Below the pieces are notes generated by a model. It was not told where the DNA came from. It was given only the letters and a program-made list of their open reading frames with translations, and did not search any database. A DNA stretch of 64,000 nt. Source: Phoronis australis (Eukaryota; Animalia; Phoronida). Of the stretch, positions 13,901 to 28,453 are shown piece by piece (the stretch's first letter is position 1; every line of letters starts with the position of its first letter). The stretch spans positions 919,957-983,956 of the forward strand of contig NMRA01000072.1 of assembly GCA_002633005.1 (NCBI GenBank). Direction: 5' to 3'. A program made the translations under genes and the position numbers.

Positions 13901-16401
13901 ACAATGGCATACTTCTTATTACAAAACGACTGGTGGGAAATCAACTGAAGTGTTACACCTTTGAATTTTCTCGGTATTCTATTGGAGCTACGTTTTGGTA
14001 TGATTTCCATACAGGGCTTACACTGTTCTCTATTTTGTAAACAAAAAGTAAATTGCAGTATGCCGATAATTTTAGGTTTGCGAAGGCGTCACTTGGCTTG
14101 AGGCTCTGTGCGTAATTTCCGCTCTCGGTAATGGTAAATTAAATACAAAATTCATCTAACACAATACTTATCATCTATAAAGGCCAACGTTCCTAATCCA
14201 TGGTCTATTTTCTTCGTGATGTACTCGGGCCTGCATTGCGTCATTTCGTATTTAGTCCTAATTGCATACGCAGAGGGAAGTTTGTGATAAATCTGTCAAA
14301 AGTGGAAATTTAGCCGATTTGTCATTATACAGTAATTTCAATATCTCTCATTCCCAACTGTGTCGTTTAAGACACATAGAAATTACTAAGAACACTGCGC
14401 CGGACGACTCCCTTCGGAGGTTGAATTAGCTTCTGATGATCTTAACTAGGCGGGTCGCGAACCCCTAACCCAGAGGTCAGATCAGCCAATCCGCAATCCG
14501 CCTTTTTAATCGACAGTGCAAATCTCGCGAGGTTTGAGCGAAAACAAGGTTAGACCCTTTTCCATCAACATCTTTTATATCTGTCAATGATATCTTAATA
14601 TACACGACATTACAGGATAAAGCATTAAAATTAAAATATAGTATTCATGGGATAAGCGAGGAATAATAACTCTCTCTCTCCAGGGACGAGTGTGTCCAGC
14701 GATCTACATGGAGAAAATCGATTGTAAAGAGCGAAAAGGTTGCGCAGATATCATTTTCTTGTTAAATTAAGAAATTTACAAATTATTCATAATTACTGCA
14801 CAAAATGTGATCTAAATGACCAGCAGCTCAAAGGAATGCAAATGTCGTTAGATATGATTTCCTCAGAATTTTAATAAAACCCGAGAAACGAAGATTTATT
14901 GCAGTAATTTCTGCAAATCAATCCTGTCCATTTGCAGTGCGCTGTCATATTCAAGACGAGGACACGCGGACTAGCATTCCCCGACGAAAGACCGCCAGTG
15001 CCACTGGTCAGTGTAGTTCTTCTGGTATTTGTTCTTGGGGGCAAAACACCGTCAACTTGGCATTCTCAATCGTGTCACACTAACAGGAATCACCCACTCA
15101 CAAAAACTACAGAGAGCGCCACCTAAAGGATATTTCTCGTGACAAACGTTGAGATTCCCCCGGTCACTAAAACAATTTCTAGTTTGCGAAATGTGATCAC
15201 AAATGCCGACATTTGTAACTGTCTCCAAACTGACGTGTCGTGCGTGTTGATGAAACGGAAACTAACGAGTTATTATCTTGTACCCGTCCCGTGACTTACA
15301 TCGCTCTTCCATGCAGTGGTCCTCACGCTTCAGCAAAGGTGTAGCAAAGAAAGCAAGCCGGAATGTCATTTTACGCCACAGTTATCCTCGGCACAATACT
15401 ATTATCCTGTTCGGAGTGATCGAGATTCCAAGCTTCTCCAAAGACATGCGTTATGAGCAGACGAGGGCACAACGAACGTGCACCGTACAATTTTAAGTAT
15501 TTTCAAAATTTATGTAAACTTATCATGCAGCGATCATTTTAGAAAGTGGAAATGCCATTCAATTAACCCACACCAACGCAAAATCTTTAGACCAATTTGG
15601 AGGACTTATAGGTCCCCTTGGTATTTTCCGTCCCTGTTTTGATTCGAATTTTTTGGGTGTGGCATAAATTCACAAAAAGGATTTGTATTTTCGCAAAACG
15701 TTGCTTTGATCACTGACATTAGTTTTGATGTGCTGTTTTGTATTATCCTTGTGTTAGAATCTGAATGCAGTAGATATTATTCAAGACAAAATAAGACGTG
15801 ATTGCAATGTAATCTAAACGCGCCTGTTGACCTGTCACAGCACATCAATAAAAGTTTTATGCGTCAGTGGCGCAGGGTCTGACCCTAAAATTATCACCGA
15901 TTATGTTTCATTATTATTATTATATTCGTCTTACACTTCATATAAATTTAAATTCTCTGGAACTTACATGGAATACGCTAAGTCCCCAAGCGCGGACCTA
16001 AATGATGATACCCATATGAGGGTCAAACAATATACACTGGACACACCGGACACTTATATTTCACCTCTCCGCAGTAATACAAAATTGGCCGAGCAGGACG
16101 TTCCAGACCCACTTTGGGTCCGCACTTGCCGCGAGGAAAACGAAAGGTGCTACCAAAGCCACCGTTCACGAGTTATCAAGTCTTTCTCTTAAATAAGAGA
16201 CTATGACTGAACCATGCTCTGGCCATCTCTTTCATGAAATGTGACGTCAGACTTAAGTTGGTCTTACGCGCCACACAAACGTGTCTGAAAATGATTAAAT
16301 CTCAGTTAAGCAAAAGAACATTATTTGAGAATATACACATAACTGGATACATACTAAGATAATTCCCATAAATTATTTCTAGACTGTTATCCGCCTATAA
16401 T

Positions 16402-16549
16402 CAGTGGGGGATTTAGAGGGGGCCAGCCCCCCCCCCTAAAATTCTCCCTGATTCCATGTGGAAGTTCATAGGTGCAAATGTCTGACTGGCAAAATCCTGG
16501 CTAATGCTGTGCCCTGTACCCCCAACTCAAGATCCTGGATCCGCCCCTG
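16402..16549. mobile_element. hAT-like MITE with 5-bp TSD
   Basis: Termini CAGTGGGGGATTTAG...GGATCCGCCCCTG; flanks ATAAT/ATATT; inverted homolog at 24765-24918. Confidence 0.7.
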
Positions 16550-19500
16550 ATATTTACCTGGATAAACCTTTTTTCAGAAACTGTGAGATGGGAGCGTAAT
16601 CCCAACTTTCTGTCTCAGTTCAAAGTATCTACGTTCTTCGTTGGCTTATTTGAACTTCCGAAGCAACGTCACCGCGTTCATAACCCTTTGTATGTTTTTT
16701 AATAAATCACAGGGAATTCCCCTGACGTCCGAAACTAACCCGCCGTGACAAGCAAGTTAATGGGTCTGGTCGAAGCAATAACGGCCTGTCAGAGACTAGA
16801 AACCATGATTTCTTATCTTATCAAGGAACAGGGGAGGCTGATTTTATGTAAGTGGTTTAAAGCAAAAGTTGGAGTTTTTTGACATAAGGCAAGCTTTTAT
16901 TTCCTTGAATGATGGATTGAAAAGGCGTGTAGAAGGAAAGGTAAAAGATTACGGGGAATGTTTGTCAAAAAGTCAACCTTTCTACCACAACCCTGCTCCA
17001 ACAAATCTGATGAAGATTAGGAAATACTTATGTAAAAAACGGACCCCTTGTAGATTTTCTCATCCACTTAACCTTTGAAGCTGCATTTCGCCCTGGTTGG
17101 CTGGCTAAAAAGGAAAATCGAATTGGGATTTTAACTCTCATAAAACCGCCTCCCGTTCAGTCACGCTAGGACCTCGCTAAAAAGCAAGATTTCGTAAGAT
17201 ATGGCCATGTATTTTAAATGAGAACACGTGACTTTGGATAGATTTTAGCTAGGCCCTAGTGTAGGTCCTACCGTTATTGAACGCACGCCCGGTCTCATAA
17301 TATTGCTTACTGTGTTGGAATTCTGTTTCCGTTATCAACTCACGTCACAGGCAATGCTTAAGAGATATTTTCGGGAATTCGCCAGAATAGGTCCCACTAA
17401 AACTCTGACGTCTTTTCTTCAGTCGAAGATGGTTTCGATGTTCTTAATGTCAACATAAATCGAATCCTATTACGGTAAAGATTATTATGAGATAAACTTT
17501 ATGAGAGCAAAAGGTCGTATTCGATTTTCATTTTCATTTTTAGCTAACTAATTATGGCCTAATGCCACTTTAAACGGCACCCTTTCATAGAAAATTTGAA
17601 TAAAAGCCATCCTCTTGAGAGGCACAAGCCGCACACTTCAACGATGTAAGAACAACTTGTCGTGAAAGTTACTGGTTCAGCAGTTGGCGGGTAAGATCTT
17701 TTGAAATTTGACATCCGTACCGTTTGGAGGTAAAAAGAGTATAATAAAGGGGGAGGTGCGGTACGCACCCAGGTTTCCCAACATCCTACGGTCCCGCAGT
17801 AGTCACCAGGTGGCGAGACCGTCTCGTCAAGAAATGCTACACGATAGTGTTGGCTTACAAGGTAAATGATCACGCAATTCTGCGATTTTAGGAAAATTAC
17901 AACGACAGATGAGGCTCTAAGGGATTTTAGTGGACCGTCACTGGGTCTATATGGCAATTAACTTGTGTTAGCCTGACAATTTTGTTTCACAAATGCGTGA
18001 AACTGTTTTGATGCACCGTTGACGGTAGTGTTGATTATTTAAAGTCAACAGCTCAGTTTATTACTAAAACCGACTTTTATAGCTGCGGGTCGTTTGTATG
18101 CCATGTGATCAAAATTGTTTATGGTCCGACTCATTTTAATACTACTCAGCTTGTGTATATGAATGTTCATACTTAATCTTATGCTTAATATTGCTTGGTG
18201 CAGCTGTCAAAATGAATTAGGGCTAATTACTTAAATATTAAGCCTCTTTTTTAAAGTTATTGGCATTTGAACAATATTCTGAATGCATTTTAAATGAAAT
18301 CAGATAGTCCTCCCATAGTTACAGAATTTCAACAATAATTTTAAACCAGTAACATGCCGTCTGAATCATGTTTTCCTCGCAATAAAATGACCGAGGCGAT
18401 GTTAAGGTGTTTGCGTTTAACATCCATGACACTACACGCGGAATCCTTTTAATTTTTACAAAATCGTTGGTATACAAATTTAAACTCTATAAAATCTATT
18501 TTCACGAGAAAGTTTTAATTTCACCCCAAGAAATGTGTAAAGTTCAACAACACACCATTGAATAATTGTAGTTCTTCACAAGATAAGTGAATATAGGTTT
18601 AAACCTGTTTCCCGTATGTTTTTGTCCCAATAATATTTTAATTTTTATTGAAGGTAGATTGCCTTTAAAGTTCTCTCTCAAGTTTCCAATATATGGCGAA
18701 AAAGCAAGTCATTCACCTTTGACCGTAAACTTAAATTTAATAAAAGAAATACTGGTTGCTATATTGAAAACGATGAAACATTTCCGTCAAACTACGAAGT
18801 ACCCGACAGTCTGCAGATTTACACGTCATCTACATATTATATGAAAATCTAGGTTGATGATTTTCTGTTTGATATTCCGCCAACTAATCAACTTCATATT
18901 ATGTGACTAATCTTGTTACCGAAGTAAAGGATTCGCAATAATTTCTGAAATTAACACAAGATTTGACCCGAATTACTTGGTAGCAATCAGTGACATACAC
19001 GATAAATGCGAAGGAAATATCATTTTTTCATTAACGCGTCGGGTTAAAGTGTTTGGCCTTTTTTCTTGATAAGAATGACTTTACATACGAAGATCAATTG
19101 AACACGACCAAAAGGTCATTAACGCATATTGTATGTGATCCATGGGAGTTGAGATCTTAGGATTTGACGAGATTCAGATCTTTATTGAAAGTTTGAAGGG
19201 CAGATTTACATCATATTGAAATTAACATCCCAATGTATTTTTCGCCGGTCACTGCGAACGCCTTGTCTCGTCTATTTTTGCGGTAATGTCTCTTGATTAT
19301 AGTCGAGATGACTGAGTTTTCAGAAAACATGCGAATTGAACAATGTGTACAGAATACACAAGTAGAATGAGTCACTTGGCGTGTTGGCTGCGGAATGAAT
19401 TAATTCAGCACTAAAATTATTCTCTTGTCTCCAAGACAAGACGGGGAATTTATTCCAACTGTAGTCAACCAAAATGCAAAAAGTCTCCAAAGTTCGCATT

Positions 19501-20967
19501 CTTGGACATCATATGTCGTCTACGAAGACTTTCCTGTATCTTGTGCGGAATCAACTTTTTTATTTTGGCGTAGGCCTATCATTTGAAATTAACACATTTT
19601 GATGAAAAATGTTTTGAAATGGATGAGTTATTTGTTGTGATAATTCTCTGCCTTATTTTAGCACCGTGTCATTGTTAATTGATGGAGTTGAAATCAATTA
19701 AACTGAATACGGTGACACCCTATCGATAAATTCGAATGTTCAGATGCACATACAAACCCATAGATTCGTGTTGACCATCTATTGTTTCATAAACCCTTGG
19801 CTGGATTTCTTCTCAGTTCTCCGTGAAAGCACCAGTCTCTTTAAAAATGGAGCGATAAGGTGATGACATTTAAAGCCGTCCTCGAACGGAGTTTTTTATT
19901 TTGGATGTGTTGGTCTACGCAGATAGTTCTACCAATGTTTCAGCAACACTATAAGAAAACACGAGTTTAAGAACCAATGATACGAGGAGAATGAACGACC
20001 GTAGTAATTTTGAAAATTCGACGTTACCCGCGGTAGAAGTAATTAATATCTGTCGCGGGTACCAGAATATGCATTTAATACCAATGTGTGCGGGTATTGC
20101 CGTTTCGTAGCTGTTTGAATACTGAGGATTCTCGCGGTGACGTAGAATAAAAGTAACCAGCAACACCGTTCATTACATTTGAAAATATATGATTTCAATG
20201 TGGCAAAACTGATACTTTCAACATATTGTAGAAACTAAATTTACACCCGTTTCTGTTCAAGGTACGCTTTAAATAAGTGGTCGTGTTTAAGTGACTAATA
20301 CATTTTTGAAAACATGCTAAAACAAACCGTTTAATTTCGTAAACACTGGTGTTGGTGCTGGTGATGCTGGTGCTGCTATTAAACGTTGTTTCTAATTATG
20401 AAAGGAAGACCAAGATGGTAAATAGAACTTAATACGTAGACCAACCACTGAACATAGAATTTTCTTAGAGTAGCGCTATGGGATTAAAGCAGGACCGTGC
20501 GTCATCGAAACGGCAATACCGCCCTTGCAAGTAACATCTCGTTATCCCCCAAAATTGCCGAAAAGTAGAAACGCAGTGAATGTTTCACTAACCCGGACTT
20601 GTCAGTGAAGTTTCAAACTTCTTTGGATACGTTATTGTCTCTTGATTTCGTTCAACTGCTGCCATTTTTGGATGTAAGGATCACTAATTCTTCACCAGTT
20701 ACTCCAAGTGTTATTTCTAAATTGGCCTCTGTCCTCACATGTCTAGTAACGACTCGATGGTCAAGTGCGGAACTGACACAAACCGTTGTAACGGCCGCCT
20801 GCCTCGTAGTTAGGATTCAATTCTAGAGATTATAAATTCGCAATTAACGTGTCGTCGACATGGTATGAAAATTTTTAGACGATAAAACATGACCGTGAAT
20901 GTTGAAACGATACACGCCGGACATTAAACTGTGTAGAATTACCGTATATGCGGGCATAAAGCCCATG

Positions 20968-21035
20968 TGCCTATATGTGAGACTGCGCCTATATATGTGA
21001 GACTGTGCCATATATTTATGAGACTGCGCCTATAT
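20968..21035. repeat. Short tandem repeat, about 21-bp unit x3
   Basis: (CCTATAT(AT)GTGAGACTGCG) repeated three times with small variations. Confidence 0.7.
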
Positions 21036-24000
21036 CCGGAATTATGAAGCGCAATGGCTTGCATATGGATCAGTCGAGGTAAACCAAACATTTAGTTGAA
21101 GAGATGCATAAGTATAATGGTTGACCGTCTGTGTCGATATGTGAATTTTTGGGGGCTAATTGCCCCAATGCGCGAAACACTTGAAGGACTGCATTTTACA
21201 ACGGATACAGGGCTGCACATGGGCGTAAACTGTAGGCGCAAATACGGCATGCTAATTTTCTGTTATGTTATCTATGCAAATGAATTCATGCTTTTAGAAT
21301 TGTCTGAAATAGTTATTCATATTCTGTTTCACTGCACAGAATTAAGTAATAAACGCAGTTGGCCGAAATAATTTTTGCAATCGCCACGGTTCAAGGGCAC
21401 CTGTGCCAACCAGAAAATTAGGTAATCAACTGAATTATTTGTGACACGAGGTGTGGACCTGAGGTGGTTTCCCTGAAACACTACCTCAGACAGTGTTGCA
21501 TGACGTTAAAGAGACATCGGTTGCATTGGTGGATCTAAGATGTTGCGCCCCAACCTCAATTTTCGAAGGAAAAATATCCCTGAAAACAGCATGACGACGG
21601 CGTTTTTTCAATCTTTAGTTGCGTGCGAAGGGCGGGGGAGGGTTCCCCACACCTAAATCCTCCAGTAAGTTGAAAGGGACGGTGTGAACTTAATGAAAAT
21701 ATAAAGCTGCGTTCTTGGCGTTGAATTCAGTATTGACTAAGTGATCTTGTCGAAACTTTTTTCGGCTTTCTCCATTCCATGGCGGGAAGAGCAAGTCAAG
21801 CAATTATCCCTACCTGGTACGGTTTTCCTCAAGTCGCCTAATTAGTGAACACTGCCATTGAATCTGTCGAGAACTTCATCACTGAAACATCAGTTGGCTG
21901 CGTTTAACATTCACAACAATTAAAATCGCACTCTGTTCAGAGCGAATAACGGGGTCAACGATAAAACCTGCTTTCAAGCGAACGGTCAAATCCGAATCTC
22001 AGAAAACATTACCATCTCACAGTGTTGATTTTTTTTATTCCCCAACCAGACACAGAGTATCGCAGGCTTACTGTATTTGAGATTAAGTATTTACTGGCAC
22101 CCTTATGTCACTGTAATAAATAAATAATAATAATGCAGTTAAATGGTCTTTGAACAATTTAAGTTGACCTTTGAGGGCAAATCCTTCTCTGCCTCGTAAT
22201 GTGGGGTTAATACTTGCAAGTAAAACAAAGAAATGAAAGCGTTCCAAAGAGGGACGTGAGGCAACCTTCAAAGAAAAGAACAATGATGATAGTGACGATG
22301 GTTATGAGGATGACGATGGTGAAGACGGACACGAGGGGGCAAAGCGTCAGCATTATCCGCCTCGAGTAAAAAAATAAAATCCATGCGTAAGTTACGTCGT
22401 ACAGGTGAACAGTTTGAAACTGTGTATTTATAGGCTTACAGGACGAAGTAAAACTATGATTTTGTTCAAACTCTTAGATCCATATTTCAGGATATTGTCC
22501 AACAATCAATGTACAACCATGTAATGAGCATTTTGAGTCGTTACGAAATGACTTTGATGTTCAAAAAAGATGACCATTAAGTGTGGCTTGGGACCTAGCC
22601 ACGAAAATCAATTCCAGGCAATTTTCATTTCTTGGCAACCAACCTTCAGTAATTGCATGGAACCCGATTACTGATTATGTTTTAGAAGTACTTGTAAGAT
22701 TAACCATACAGTTTTGCCACGCGCCAAAAAAGTTGAAAAACTGTCTTGAAACAGTTAGAAAGTTATTCTAGGAGTTAATTTGAAAGGAAAATTAAGACCA
22801 TCGTGAAAGTTACTTCGTCGCTTTATGAAAAAAACATCGGTTAGTGTGAACGAACACCGCCACAGAGTACAAAGATTGCAGTTGTAGTCAAGCGGTCTAG
22901 TGTTAAATTATATATGATATAGGTCGAGATGGTTTCAACACTATTTCCAATTAAAACGATCACAGACGAACGGTGTGTATAATTAAGAAACGCGCGTTGA
23001 AAAGTCTGTCGGAGATCTCAAAAATTTCCAAACGTTTGTTAGATAAATAACAGACTGAAGGAGGGGGAATATAAAATTACAGACCTAATTGACAAAATGA
23101 GTGAAAATGAAATTAACAACAAGCACTCTCTCAGAAATATCATTTACAATGTTTCGCATCCGCTCATCTTCGCTGCTCGACTTGATTAAAGTTGGCCAAT
23201 CAGTGCCCTGGCGTCTTCTTGGAATCTGATGTTTTCGATGTATTACTGGGACAGATGCATCGTGTTTAAGTTTTGAAAACCATGTTGCTACTCCACTGCT
23301 CAGTTTAAGCTAATATTCCGGTTTCCCTTACCTTTGATTAAACAATTGATTTCATGGTTCTCTCGTTCGTTGACAACATGACTCGAGAAACCTTGTTTAT
23401 TTACCCCAGGACATCTAGGATATCGCGAAGGGGCCCGATCGTAACTTCCGAAAATCGATCGTGAAGTCCTAAAAACATCATGCCACTAGTGATTTTGGCC
23501 ATACCCTCCCCCACTAAGGCTATATGGTCCACTTTCGTTCCCGAAATCCGTGTCTGCAACTCGATATATCCATGAAAAAGATCAGTTTATACACAAGCCT
23601 CCAGTGCATGAACCCAGGAATTCAACATCTCGAACGACAGAACACTTTGTAACATTATCTTGATTATGCACACGAGCAAAAATCAAGCATGAGAACTGCA
23701 AATTCGCACTCACGAATATCATATGAATCGCCTGTACGAACATACCCGGAAAAGTGGTTCGGGCGAGACCTGACTCGATGGTCGTGCGCAGGAGTTCCAA
23801 GTAGTGGTTCGCATGCATGATTTTGTGTTCGTGTAGTGCATGATGGTGCGATTCGTAAATCGCGCAGATGCAGATCCAATAATTCCAGCAGACGAATAGA
23901 GGTTCGTACGTATGATTGTCTAACTTTGAAAGAGCAAAAGATGTTTCACCAGCTGTGGCGATCGTCAGAAAGGACTAAATATCACAGACTGTATTTCAAA

Positions 24001-24564
24001 CCCAAGGAATAACAGAATAGCGCTTATCATGTTGATGAATTTAATTAAGAACCACATTTGAGAGAACCATAATGAATTACCTTTCAGTGACCATGCTGTA
24101 TAACCACACAAGCTTTTAAAAATGAAAAATTCTGAGAAGGAAACTCAACCGTGAACAAATTGTTGGCCTCACTACGCCTACCCTACGCCACCTCACAAGG
24201 ATACGTGACACCGACCGAGAAGATAGCATTCATTTCGTTTTGGTAACTTTAAGGGACACTTCTTTCTTGCTTAGTACCTAAAACGCGTAAGTATAAACCA
24301 GTTACTCAGACGAACAAAATAGGTGCTAAGCTTTATTATAGCACCCAATTTCTCAACAAACAGTTTATTCACCAAATCCACAAGGAAAGAAATGTTTCAA
24401 AATATTTGACCGGCTTGGCGCCAACTTTTACGAAATTGATCGGCTTCAGTCATATCAATCGCAGGTTATCTCTCAATTTCTTTTGGTAGTATAAACCAGT
24501 GCTTTAGTGGTAAAATTAAAGGTAAGTAGGCGCCCAAAGTCCACTGTATCCGCCTTGAGCACTG

Positions 24565-24652
24565 AACGTAACTTACGGTGCGTAGGCGCGACGTTCAAAT
24601 GGCAAAAGGTGGTTGGCTGCGCCTACGTGCGCCTACGCCCCACTACAGCACT
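24565..24652. repeat. Dispersed repeat, with an inverted copy at 49265-49352 plus a partial tandem copy to approx. 49440
   Basis: AACGTAACTTACGGTGCGTAGG...AAAAGGTGGTTGGCTGCGCCTACGTG...GCCCCACTACAG is nearly identical to the reverse complement at 49.3 kb. Confidence 0.75.
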
Positions 24653-24764
24653 TCTAAAAACAAATTGCCTTTACACAAAGGAAAACTTGGGTGCATTTCG
24701 ATTCACTTGATCACTCAATTTGCAAACAATTTCTAAACAGCTACAAAACCAGTCTATCACAAAT

Positions 24765-24918
24765 CAAGGGCGAATCCAGGATTTTTGACTCTGAGAGGCC
24801 AGGGCAGAGTATAGGCTAGGATTTTGCCCGTCAAACATCCGCACCCCCGAACCGCCAAGTGGAATCTGGGAGAATTTTAGGGGTAGGGCATGGCCCCCTC
24901 TCCCTAAATCCGCTACTG
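24765..24918. mobile_element. hAT-like MITE with perfect 5-bp TSD
   Basis: CAAAT|CAAGGGCGAATCCAGG...CTAAATCCGCTACTG|CAAAT; same family as 16402-16549 in the opposite orientation. Confidence 0.75.
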
Positions 24919-27612
24919 CAAATACTTCTTTCCAATTAAACCACATATCGTAATGAACATTGCTCCTTAGTCCAAATGAAGGCGATTTCAGAGCTTCGAA
25001 TGAACTGGCAGTTCGTTATTGTTTTGAGGCTATAAGCTGCCGGGTTTGTCACGGCGTGTTATTTCACGCGCCGAACATGGTCTCAAGGAATAACGAGCTG
25101 TCAGATCTTCGCAAACCAAAAAAAAAAACATTTCTCATCGGGCTATGGAACAAGCCGAGACCAAGTTGAATGTAGCCGCTTTACTTAAAGCAGCGACAAA
25201 CCCGGCGTTCTGTTAGTCGAAGAAACTAACTTTAATTAGACCGCTTACTGCTACTCATCAGGTTTCTTACTCACACGAGAAGTCAGTTTTGGTCTTCCAG
25301 AAAACAGACAATTCGTTATTGCTTCAGACCATGCTCGGCCCGTAAAATGACACGCGGTGACAAGCCACTCGTAGAACCCAAGGGTCTTAAACAGTAACTG
25401 CGCCGCATTTCTTTCGAAGCTTCTAATTCGACTATGAAACAATTCCGAGACCAATTTCATAACGATAAGAGGTCTAAATCAAAAGTTGTTTTTTGTGGTG
25501 GAAGGCGAATTTACAGCCGCTTTAAATAAACGATGTCTCACAAGTTGTTCTAAAGAACATTGACTTTCACAAAAACGTATGTCTTGTGAGGGTGACCGTT
25601 GAATTACTGTTACTCAGTTTCAAGTTACTCTGTCCAACACATGGTTTCATGGTGGCGGTGGACAAAACAAAACAAAACGCTCGTGCTTCACCTCTGTTCA
25701 AGGCAAAGTTGGTACACGCATTTTCAAGATTTTCTTACTAAACGGCTTTTAGAATTGCCACTCATCTCAGGTACCTTTGTTAGTAAAAGAATACCAAGTA
25801 GCAGTCCACAGACAGAAACAATCTGGTACAGATTAAAAAATCGTCTTTGTCTCAAAGCTGCCTTTCGCCCCGTTTAGCTAAAACCTAAAATCAAATTAAG
25901 CCTGTTACGCTCTTAAATTCGGTCTCATAATAATCCTTACCCTGATAGGATTATATTTCCGTTAACAATAAGAACATTGAAACCATCAGGGACTCAACGA
26001 AAAGCTCTAGTTTATTGGGGTTCGCCAACCCTAAAATTGTGCTTTTTCTGCGACTTCATTTGTCAGCTCAATTGGCAGCAATAACGTTTTTAAAGCCCAA
26101 AGCGCTTCGATTGAAAATTCAACATTGACTACCGAAATGCGTTGAAATGCCAAAAAATATGCAACTAGTTGAAAATGTAAGAATTTAAAAATGGATTTCG
26201 AATGACTATGATCGGGAGGAATCATTAAGCCGCCCACAATGCGAAGATTTTTTCGCGAAATTTTGAGAAAATAGAAATTGTCGCAGCAATAGAAGCTGTG
26301 TCCTGTTTAGCGCAAGCGTAAACAAGCCGCGGCAAAAGCTGTTGCAAGGAAAGAAACGGCGAACAATAACTGGGTTTATTTGAGCAATCACACTACGAGC
26401 TACCATGTGGTATTTACCAAAATAAATCTACACTCAACAAACATCGAACAAGCCTCAACAAACAACCGCGTCCAAAGTACTGCGACGTTTGGGGGAAAGG
26501 ATGTCAGACATTCTACCCATCCCAGTAACTTACGACCCTGCCTCGATGACTAAACAAAGCGGAGTGTGGAATATTCTTAAACTCAAGTAGCAAAATTTAC
26601 GAAATAATTACAGATACAAAGACAAATGCCCAACAAAATTTGAAATGCGCAGGATACATAAATTGCTCCTCTAAACACACGAAATTGGTTTTACCAAATT
26701 GATGGGAACAATGTATTGTCTGTAAATAGGATAAATGACTTTTGTTGTACAGAAACACTTAATAAATAAGTAAATTGATTGAAAGTAATTGACGAAAAAG
26801 TATTCTGTAAACTCAACTTCCAATGGCCAAGTGGAAAATGTAGCAGCTAAAAAGTTTTGCTTTTACACAAAACTGCTTTTCGTGTAAAACACACAATAAT
26901 TGAAATAATCAACCATGTCATGCATTGTTTGATTCTATTCTTCTAATCATTAAACAAATCTATGCATATCTCATTCAAGCAACGGTCAGTGAAAAAGACC
27001 CCTACAACAGAATCATCTTACCAACACAGTCTATTAAGAAAAACACCTGGTTCAATGTCCAAATATTAGACTTAATGGCTCTGTAAAAATTCCATGAAAG
27101 ATATTATATAGACACAGAAACAGGGGATCTTTGCATTACCTAATGCACCCCTTCAGTAAACACATAACATTCCCATCTCCATCACATTGTATTTATTCTG
27201 TGCCCATTATCAGTGGACATGTCACACTAGAAATGCCAACAGACAATTGTCTCATTCAGACATGGGTGTGTTATAACCTTCTAAATGTGCATATTTCTAT
27301 ATTTGGTATGTCATCAATGTCTGCTATTATAATCAAAAACTGAGGCTGCCCCCACACAGACTGGCACACGTTCATAACCCAATGGAAAGCTAAAGTGGTT
27401 TTAAGGGAGGGAACTTAAGAAAAATGTCCAAATTTGGATAAATTTGGAACATCAATTCCAACAAACTTCTAATCAGACTAAAACAAAACTTCCATGTACT
27501 TACCCACCCTTCAACAAAATACTGAGGAATTACTTTCAAAGCATTTCAATTTTTCACCAGGAGTTATCAAAAATAAGAAATTTGTATAAACCAAAAACAA
27601 AAACAAAAACAG

Positions 27613-27618
27613 TTTATT
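27613..27618 (-). terminator. Candidate poly(A) signal for the long ZFP64 transcript
   Basis: AATAAA on the minus strand followed by a U/GU-rich tract (CTGTTTTTGTTTTTGTTTTTGGTTT), about 1.2 kb after the distal stop codon. Confidence 0.35.
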
Positions 27619-28453
27619 AAAGTGTAGCATTTTTGAGATTTCACTTTAAACATTTACATCAAAAGAAATTAAAATTATTTTATTGTCTGTACCTTTCTTT
27701 TTTCTTTAATTTACCAAAAAGACTTGAGTCACCTGACAAGTATTGGCAGACCAGTACAGTCACAAGTCAAATTCTACAGGCTCTCTACTTTCATGAAGTA
27801 CAATACCTTTACTGAGTTAAATTCTGCTGTTTCATAGACATTTGGATTAAAGCACAGACTTGCTAATAAGGTTACACCTAACTGAAGAGACCCTTACAGC
27901 CGAAAATTATTTAAGGGCGAAGAGATTTGAAAAATCTCCCAGTCCATTACAGCATGAACATTGGTCAAAATGACATATTCAGTATCACCTCACTATGGGC
28001 TCAAGCTGAAAGTTGATAAGCTACAACTTGTTTTGAGTGTCATTTCTTGTTTACCTATACAAAGATGAAAGGAGTATCAACATATAAGTAGGCAACAGAG
28101 TCCAAGATTTAGACGCTGATTAAATTGCAGAGATCCATCATGATCATACATGGAAGCCTCTACACACCGCATACATCTGTCCCAGCTCACTGCAGTTTTT
28201 TAATGACCTTCACGAACCATTGGCTATTTCATGGTCTCGTGCCACTGGTGACTACTACTGCCCTCTAGTAGACGAAGAAGAAACTTTTGAGCAATAATGC
28301 CTCTGTTCAACTTACCGCTGCACGAAAGCAATGAACAGTGAACTTGCATAATTCCAAGACACACATGTTGGAACTTAGCTAATTCAAATAAGTCAATACC
28401 TTGGATAAGATCTCTCAGTTCCAATGGATTTGCCTTATATGAGTTTTACACGG

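Noticed and set aside
15827-17957. 121-aa and 132-aa ORFs in the gene-free region
   Set aside because: Non-ATG starts, no domain-like composition and no convincing splice-site pairs.
22240-22380. Acidic reading frame NDDSDDGYEDDDGEDG
   Set aside because: Short frame bounded by stops with no ATG or splice sites; best explained as a decayed (GAT)n microsatellite.
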